64,000 nt of DNA, from contig CBDCOX010000002.1 in the NCBI GenBank assembly GCA_965219995.1, positions 256,001-320,000 of the forward strand, read 5' to 3'. Under the pieces are notes generated by a model, which did no database searches, was not told the origin of the DNA, and worked only from the letters and a program-made list of their open reading frames with translations. Positions 57,375 to 64,000 of the stretch are shown in pieces. Position 1 is the first letter of the stretch. The number at the start of each line of letters is the position of its first letter. The position numbers were made by a program, and so were the translations under genes. The stretch is from Candidatus Latescibacterota bacterium (lineage in GTDB: Bacteria; Latescibacterota; UBA2968; GCA-2709665).

Positions 57375-58357
57375 TTGAATTCAAGAATCCGGAGTGGCTG
57401 ATCGCCCTTGTCTTCGTGCCGTTGCTCATCTACCGATACGTCCGTCGACAGCGGCAGAAGCAGGGCAGCATCCGATTTCCGGACCTGGGTGTCATCGGGG
57501 AGATTCCGCCTTCGGTCGTGCTGAAGTTCCGACACGGTCTCATTGCGCTTCGCTGCCTGGCGCTGATCCTGCTGATTGTGGCGCTGGCCCGTCCGCGTTC
57601 CGGGCGCGAAGGAAGAGAGATCCTGACCCGCGGGATCGACATTGTACTCGCCCTGGACGTATCTGGCAGCATGGCGTACAAGGATCTGGACCAGCAGCGA
57701 AAATCCCGGCTGCAGGTCAGCAAGGAAGTCGTGACGCAATTCGTGCGGGGGCGGGTCAACGACCGGCTTGGACTCGTCGTCTTCGCGGGCGAGAGCTATA
57801 CGCAGTGTCCGCTCACGCTCGACTACGGCATATTCCTGAGTTTTCTGAATGAGGTGGGTCTCGCGGACGATTCCTGGGACGGCACGGCAGTCGGGACCGG
57901 CATCGTCACGGCGGTGAACCGGCTGCGCCGGTCGGAAGCGAAGAGCCGCGTCATTATCCTGTTGACGGACGGTGTGAACAACAGGGGAGAAGTGGACCCG
58001 GTTACGGCCGCCCGTGCCGCCAGGGCGGTGGGCATACGAATTTATACCATCGGAGCGGGAAGCGACGGGGTGATCGTGACGGGCCAGGGCCTGCTCCGGC
58101 AGCGGGTTCGGGTGGAGATCGACGAAGAGACCCTCAGGGAAGTTGCCGACATCACGGGCGGCCGGTACTTCCGTGCGACCAGCGAAAAGAAACTCGAGGA
58201 GATCTATCACGCCATCGGCGAGATGGAGAAAGCGGAAATCAAGACACGCGACTACGTGGACTACTCCGAATTGTTCATGCACTTCCTCTGGCCGGGCCTG
58301 GCTTTGCTCGGCGTCGAACTGATGTTGGCCAACACGCGATTTCGGAGGATTCCCTGA
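57371..58357 (+). CDS. batA: BatA vWA-domain protein
   Basis: ALARP, GIDIVLALDVSGSM (MIDAS), QCPLTLD, LLTDGVNN, GGRYFRA. Confidence 0.93.
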   Translation: MIEFKNPEWLIALVFVPLLIYRYVRRQRQKQGSIRFPDLGVIGEIPPSVVLKFRHGLIALRCLALILLIVALARPRSGREGREILTRGIDIVLALDVSGSMAYKDLDQQRKSRLQVSKEVVTQFVRGRVNDRLGLVVFAGESYTQCPLTLDYGIFLSFLNEVGLADDSWDGTAVGTGIVTAVNRLRRSEAKSRVIILLTDGVNNRGEVDPVTAARAARAVGIRIYTIGAGSDGVIVTGQGLLRQRVRVEIDEETLREVADITGGRYFRATSEKKLEEIYHAIGEMEKAEIKTRDYVDYSELFMHFLWPGLALLGVELMLANTRFRRIP

Positions 58358-58358
58358 A

Positions 58359-59381
58359 ATGCGTTTTGGCGACGTTCAGGCGTTCTGGTTCCTGTTGTCC
58401 GTGCCTGCGGCCGTGCTGTTTTTCGTGATCGCCTACCGAAAGAAAAAGCGAGCTCTCGCGCGTTTCGGGAGTCAGGACCTGATGCGCAAGCTGACCGCGG
58501 CCACGAGTTGGAAGAGGCAGTGGATGAAGGCGGCGTTGACGGTTTTCGGACTCTTCTTTCTGGTCATCGCACTGGCGCAGCCCAGGTACGGGATGCGGCT
58601 CGAACTCCTGCATCGCAAGGGTGTCGACGTCATGGTCGCCCTGGACACGTCGCTGAGCATGCTCGCGGAAGACATCCGTCCCAATCGGCTGACGCGCGCG
58701 CTGTTTGAGATCGAGTCCTTTATCGACCGGCTCGAAGGCGACAGGATCGGCCTGGTCGCGTTCGCGGGTCGCAGCTTTACACTCTGTCCGCTCACACTGG
58801 ACTATGGCGCCGCGAAGCTGTTTCTGGATTCGATCGACACGGATATCATTCCGGTGCAGGGCACGGCCATCGCCGAGGCCGTCCGCACAGCGACCCGGGC
58901 GTTCGGAAGCGAAGAACGCAAGTACAAGGTCCTCGTGCTGATTACGGATGGGGAGGACCACGCCGACGATCCTGTAGAGGCGGCGGAAGCCGCGGCGGAA
59001 GCCGGGGTTCGGATTTTTGCGGTGGGGGTCGGGACGCCGGGCGGCGAGTTGATCCCGGTAAAGCGGAACGGACGGACGGAGTATCTGAAAGACGGTAGGG
59101 GCAACTATGTCAAGTCGCGCCTGGACGAGGCAAGCCTGCAACAGGTGGCAACGGTGACGGACGGGGTCTACATACGGTCGCAGGCGGGCGGCGTTGGGTT
59201 GGACAGGGTAACCCACGAAATCTCGCAGATGGAGAAGAAGGAACTGGGATCGCGGAAATTCACGCAATACAAACACAGGTACCAGTGGCCGCTGGCCGTC
59301 GCGGTCGCCTGCTTTGTCAGCGAAGCGTTGCTGTCGGATCGCAGACGGGTGCGAACGCAGTGGCGCGGGCGGTTCCAGTAG
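58359..59381 (+). CDS. batB: BatB vWA-domain protein
   Basis: ALAQP, DTSLSMLAEDIRPNRL, CPLTLDY, ITDGEDH, VGTPGG.LIP, VKSRLDE. Confidence 0.92.
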   Translation: MRFGDVQAFWFLLSVPAAVLFFVIAYRKKKRALARFGSQDLMRKLTAATSWKRQWMKAALTVFGLFFLVIALAQPRYGMRLELLHRKGVDVMVALDTSLSMLAEDIRPNRLTRALFEIESFIDRLEGDRIGLVAFAGRSFTLCPLTLDYGAAKLFLDSIDTDIIPVQGTAIAEAVRTATRAFGSEERKYKVLVLITDGEDHADDPVEAAEAAAEAGVRIFAVGVGTPGGELIPVKRNGRTEYLKDGRGNYVKSRLDEASLQQVATVTDGVYIRSQAGGVGLDRVTHEISQMEKKELGSRKFTQYKHRYQWPLAVAVACFVSEALLSDRRRVRTQWRGRFQ

Positions 59382-59417
59382 ATGCCACGACACAGGATTT
59401 CCCGGGGAGCATGCGCC

Positions 59418-60233
59418 ATGCGCCGATATCTGGTCGGCCTCGCCGTCGTACCGCTTATGGGCTTCACATTTCTGGATCCTGCGGCGGACAGGAACCGGCA
59501 GGGCAACCGCCTGTTTCACGAAGGCAAGTTCGACGACGCGCTCGAGTACTACAGGAAGGCCCAGGTGGAACGACCCGGCGCGCCGGAGCTCAGATTCAAT
59601 GCGGGTGACGCCTATTTCAAAAAGAACGCCTATAAAGATGCGCTTCAGGAGTTCGGACACGCGCTGAAGAGCCGGGACCCCTCGCTTCTCGCGCGCGCCT
59701 ATTACAACATGGGCAATGTCCACGTTCGCCAGCAGAACCTGCAGCAGGCGGTCGAGGCGTACAAGCGCTCGCTTTCGATAAGGCCGGACGATCTGGATGC
59801 GAAGGTGAATCTGGAATGGGTTCTGGAGAAAATGCGGGAGCAGGAGGAGAATCAGAATCAGGACCGGGAGCAACAGAAGAACCGGGAGGACGGTCAGGAG
59901 CGGAAGGAGCAGGGGAAGGAGCAGAGAAACGAGGACCACAATGACGACCGGAGCCGGGAACAGCCCCCGGAAGGGCCGGATCCGGACCAGGATGGGAATC
60001 TCGATCGGCAGAGCCGGGAAAGCCCGGACGATCGGCAGGAGGACCGGAGCCGGCAGCCGGACCCCTCCGGGGGGAAGTCCCGGAATCGGCCGGAAGGACA
60101 GGCGGAGTCCGGGGAGCTTGGCCGGGAAGAGGCCGAACGCCTGCTGGATGCGATGAAAGACAGGGAGATGAAATCCCAGAAATACCGCCGGCTGCGGGTA
60201 TACGGCAAGAGATACAAGGGTAACGAGTGGTAG
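59418..60233 (+). CDS. batC: BatC-like TPR protein with low-complexity Q/E/R/D tail
   Basis: GNRLF, YYNMGN, DAKVNLE, charged linker, EAERLLDAM, ends GNEW. Confidence 0.88.
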   Translation: MRRYLVGLAVVPLMGFTFLDPAADRNRQGNRLFHEGKFDDALEYYRKAQVERPGAPELRFNAGDAYFKKNAYKDALQEFGHALKSRDPSLLARAYYNMGNVHVRQQNLQQAVEAYKRSLSIRPDDLDAKVNLEWVLEKMREQEENQNQDREQQKNREDGQERKEQGKEQRNEDHNDDRSREQPPEGPDPDQDGNLDRQSRESPDDRQEDRSRQPDPSGGKSRNRPEGQAESGELGREEAERLLDAMKDREMKSQKYRRLRVYGKRYKGNEW

Positions 60234-60235
60234 AA

Positions 60236-62053
60236 ATGACACGAAAGCCCGTCTGTGTTGTTGTGTTCGTTCTTCTGGTTTCCTGGGGTGCGGCGCAAGG
60301 CGAAACGCCGCGTCTCGAAGTGTCGGTCGACCGGACGCGCGTGGAAGTGGGCGATCAGGTCACGCTTACTGTGACGTTGACGGCCGAAGGCGACGTCCCC
60401 GCGCCGGAACTGCCGGTTCCTGACGGATTCGACGTGATCGGGCGTTCGACGTATACGACCCAGGCGCTCAATATTACGAATGGCCGCGTCGTAACCACGC
60501 GTAACAACTCGTACGTATATTCCCTTCGGGCGACGCGCGATGGCAGCTTCCGGATCGGGCCGGCGCACGTGATGTACGAGGGCAGACGACACGAGTCCTC
60601 AACGGCACAGGTGAACGTGGTCAAGCGCGGAGGGCGGCCGCACACCCGACCGGCGCCAGGACAGTCCCGCCGCGGTCCCGATGCGGAGGCATTGGAGGAG
60701 GACCTGTTCGTTACCGCGACGGTGGACAAGGAAAGGGTGTTTGTGGGAGAGCAGGTTACCGTCACTTATATGCTTTATACACGCCGGACACTGCGAAACA
60801 TCGGCTACGGCAGCATGCCCACTTATACCGGTTTCTGGTCGGAGACCCTGTTTGACGCGCAGCGCGCCAGTTTTGACCGGGAGATCCACAACGGCCGCGA
60901 GTACCGCGTCATGCGGTTGAAGACGATTGCGTTGTTTCCCACCGCGTCCGGAGAGCAGGCCATTGACGAGCTTGAAGTCGTCTGCCAGGTACAGGACCGC
61001 ACACGGCGCCGGAATCTGTTCGATATGGACGATTTCTTCGGTTTCGGTGACAGCCGTGAAGTTCGCGCACGATCCGCGCGCGTGAAGATTGACGTCTCCC
61101 CGCTGCCCGGTGGCGCTCCGCCCGGGTTTCGCGGAGCGGTGGGCAGGTTCGACCTGGCGATTGAGGCCAGTCCCTTGTCCGTGGAGGCCGGTGATCCCAT
61201 CGCGGTGAAGGTGAACGTGCGCGGCACGGGAAACATGAATGGCGTCGGTGAGCCCGTTCGTCCGGCCGGAAACGCGTTCAAGTTCTACGACCCAAAGACA
61301 ACAGTAAACGCGGGAAACACGAACGGTCGCATCGGTGGTGAAAAGAGTTTTGAGTACGTCGCAATTCCCGGCCGCCCGGGCAGCTCGAGAATCGGTCCGT
61401 TCGTATTGCCCTATTTCGATCCTGAGAGAAACCGTTACCTTACGGCGCGAACACAGGAAGTTTCGGTAACCGTGAAGCCGGGCAGGCAGCAGGCCGATTC
61501 CGGACCCGTTCTCAGCCGGAAAGAGATCGAGAGGCTCGGACAGGATATTCGGCACCTGAAACCGGATCTCGACAATCTGGAAGATCACGGAATGCAGCTT
61601 TACAAGAATACCTGGTTCTGGGCGATTCAATCCGTGCCTGTTCTCGGTCTGCTCGGGATCGTCGCGTTAAAACGCCGGCGGGACCGGCTCATGGGAGATG
61701 TGGCCTACGCCCGAAGGCGCCGCTCCGGTTCGGAGGCGAGGAGGCGTCTGATGCGGGCCCGGGCGCGCCTCGCCGAAAAGGACGGCGTGGCGTTTTATGT
61801 TGAAATCGATCGGGCGCTGGGCCAATTCTTGGCGGATCGGCTGAATCTGCCGGTCGCGGGCATGACCCGCGAGTCCGCCGCGCAGGCGCTCCGCGAGAAG
61901 GAGGTGCCGGATTCCATTGTGTCCGAAGCGAGGGAAGTCTTCCGGCGTTGCGACTACGCGCGATTCGCCTCGGTCCGGATACCCGAGAAGGAACGGAAGG
62001 AACTCTTCGACGCGGCGGCGGCATTGATCGATGCGCTGGGAGCCAGGATATGA
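60236..62053 (+). CDS. batD: BatD family protein
   Basis: VDRTRVEVGD, VFVGEQV, ALFP..SG, FRGAVGRF, GTGN, YFDP, CDYARFA. Confidence 0.92.
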   Translation: MTRKPVCVVVFVLLVSWGAAQGETPRLEVSVDRTRVEVGDQVTLTVTLTAEGDVPAPELPVPDGFDVIGRSTYTTQALNITNGRVVTTRNNSYVYSLRATRDGSFRIGPAHVMYEGRRHESSTAQVNVVKRGGRPHTRPAPGQSRRGPDAEALEEDLFVTATVDKERVFVGEQVTVTYMLYTRRTLRNIGYGSMPTYTGFWSETLFDAQRASFDREIHNGREYRVMRLKTIALFPTASGEQAIDELEVVCQVQDRTRRRNLFDMDDFFGFGDSREVRARSARVKIDVSPLPGGAPPGFRGAVGRFDLAIEASPLSVEAGDPIAVKVNVRGTGNMNGVGEPVRPAGNAFKFYDPKTTVNAGNTNGRIGGEKSFEYVAIPGRPGSSRIGPFVLPYFDPERNRYLTARTQEVSVTVKPGRQQADSGPVLSRKEIERLGQDIRHLKPDLDNLEDHGMQLYKNTWFWAIQSVPVLGLLGIVALKRRRDRLMGDVAYARRRRSGSEARRRLMRARARLAEKDGVAFYVEIDRALGQFLADRLNLPVAGMTRESAAQALREKEVPDSIVSEAREVFRRCDYARFASVRIPEKERKELFDAAAALIDALGARI

Positions 62054-62877
62054 CGTGCGTACGCGCGCCGGCCCGCCGGCTGTGGAGGCATCGCAGGGCA
62101 TTGGTAACCGGCATCTCCTCCCAGGTTCCGGTTGCGTGGGCGGTAATAGCCGTGCTTCTGTTTGTCGGCACCGCAGGGAGCGCCGGGACCGTCGCGCAGG
62201 GTTACAATGAGGCGAATGCTCTTTACAGGCAGGGTGAATTCAGGGAGGCGGCGAGTCGGTACGAAGAAGTGGTGTCGCAGGGTGTTCGGAATGGCAACGT
62301 TTTTTTCAATCTGGGCAATGCCTGGTTCAAGGCAGGTGAAATCGGCCAGGCCATTCTGGCCTATGAGCGGGCCCTGAAGCTGATGCCGGGCGATGAAGAC
62401 GTGCTCTTGAACCTGCAATTTGTGAACGCCCGCAAAGAAGACAAGAGTCCGGAAGAGGACGACAATCTTCTAACCCGCGTGCTGTCGTCGGCTTACCGCG
62501 TGCTGAGCGCGGATGTGCTGGCCGTATTGAGCAGCATCAGCCTGTTTTTGATGTCGGCGGCGGCTGTTCTTTGGCTATATTCGACGTCTCGCCGTTCCCT
62601 ATGGATCGGGCTGCTGGTACTGGCGGGCGCGGGGTTGTGCGGTTCAGGCTCCCTGCTGACGTACAGGGCCTATAGCGAGACGTCGGCCTCGGAAGCGATT
62701 GTTCTGGCGGACGAGGTACAGGGACGAAGCGGCCCCGGGAACGACTACCTGCTCGTTTTTACGATCCATGAAGGAACGAAGGTGGCCGTCGAACGGCTGG
62801 AAAGCCGCTGGTATCTGGTACGACTGCCAAACGGGATCGGCGGGTGGGTGCCGGGGGAGACGGTGGAGAGAATCTGA
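62050..62877 (+). CDS. batE: BatE-like TPR + SH3 protein
   Basis: ANALY, FNLGNAWFK, AILAYERA, two TMs, RSGPG, IHEGTKV, GWVP. Confidence 0.9.
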   Translation: MTCVRAPARRLWRHRRALVTGISSQVPVAWAVIAVLLFVGTAGSAGTVAQGYNEANALYRQGEFREAASRYEEVVSQGVRNGNVFFNLGNAWFKAGEIGQAILAYERALKLMPGDEDVLLNLQFVNARKEDKSPEEDDNLLTRVLSSAYRVLSADVLAVLSSISLFLMSAAAVLWLYSTSRRSLWIGLLVLAGAGLCGSGSLLTYRAYSETSASEAIVLADEVQGRSGPGNDYLLVFTIHEGTKVAVERLESRWYLVRLPNGIGGWVPGETVERI

Positions 62878-62970
62878 AGTGCGCATCGCCCGCTCAGAAG
62901 GCGACGGTGCGCTCGATGGGGGCCGTCAGCAACAGAAACGACCCGTTTTCCGAATCGTGTCTGTATCTGA

Positions 62971-64000
<1,030 letters not shown>

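Noticed and set aside
59835-60130. Purine-rich low-complexity tract
   Set aside because: It encodes the usual charged Q/E/R/D linker of BatC-type proteins

Overview
High-GC bacterial window with about 50 densely packed CDS. No rRNA, tRNA or CRISPR array was recognised. The gene content (dockerin/EF-hand plus plant-type LRR protein, heparinase-like and DUF3604-like enzymes, toxin-antitoxin debris) suggests a Latescibacterota/Gemmatimonadota-like, possibly sponge-associated organism; this is inference only. From left to right: (1) a methylated-amine/C1 cluster (Tdm-like aminomethyltransferase, flavin reductase, variant Amt, fhs, a 76-aa membrane protein, GmaS-like synthetase); (2) a minus-strand catabolic operon (DegT aminotransferase, heparinase II/III-like, hydantoinase B and A, membrane protein, PHP-like hydrolase); (3) rhodanese-MauE and two FG-GAP/UnbV proteins; (4) transport and housekeeping genes; (5) an accessory patch with orphan antitoxins and a RAYT transposase followed by two REPINs; (6) a polyamine-type ABC importer; (7) a second accessory patch (sigma54-like site, aspartic protease, TA remnants, c-di-AMP-riboswitch-like leader, LRR protein, AAA-PD-(D/E)XK); (8) a moxR-DUF58-batABCDE operon with a GldAFG-DUF4340 ABC exporter module embedded in it; (9) a partial thrC. 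Two families of ~160-bp MITE-like elements sit in intergenic regions. The best candidates for something new are the Bat+Gld hybrid operon, the RAYT/REPIN system, the riboswitch-like LRR leader and the variant-Amt/microprotein module. All family assignments come from motif recognition by eye; no database search was run.
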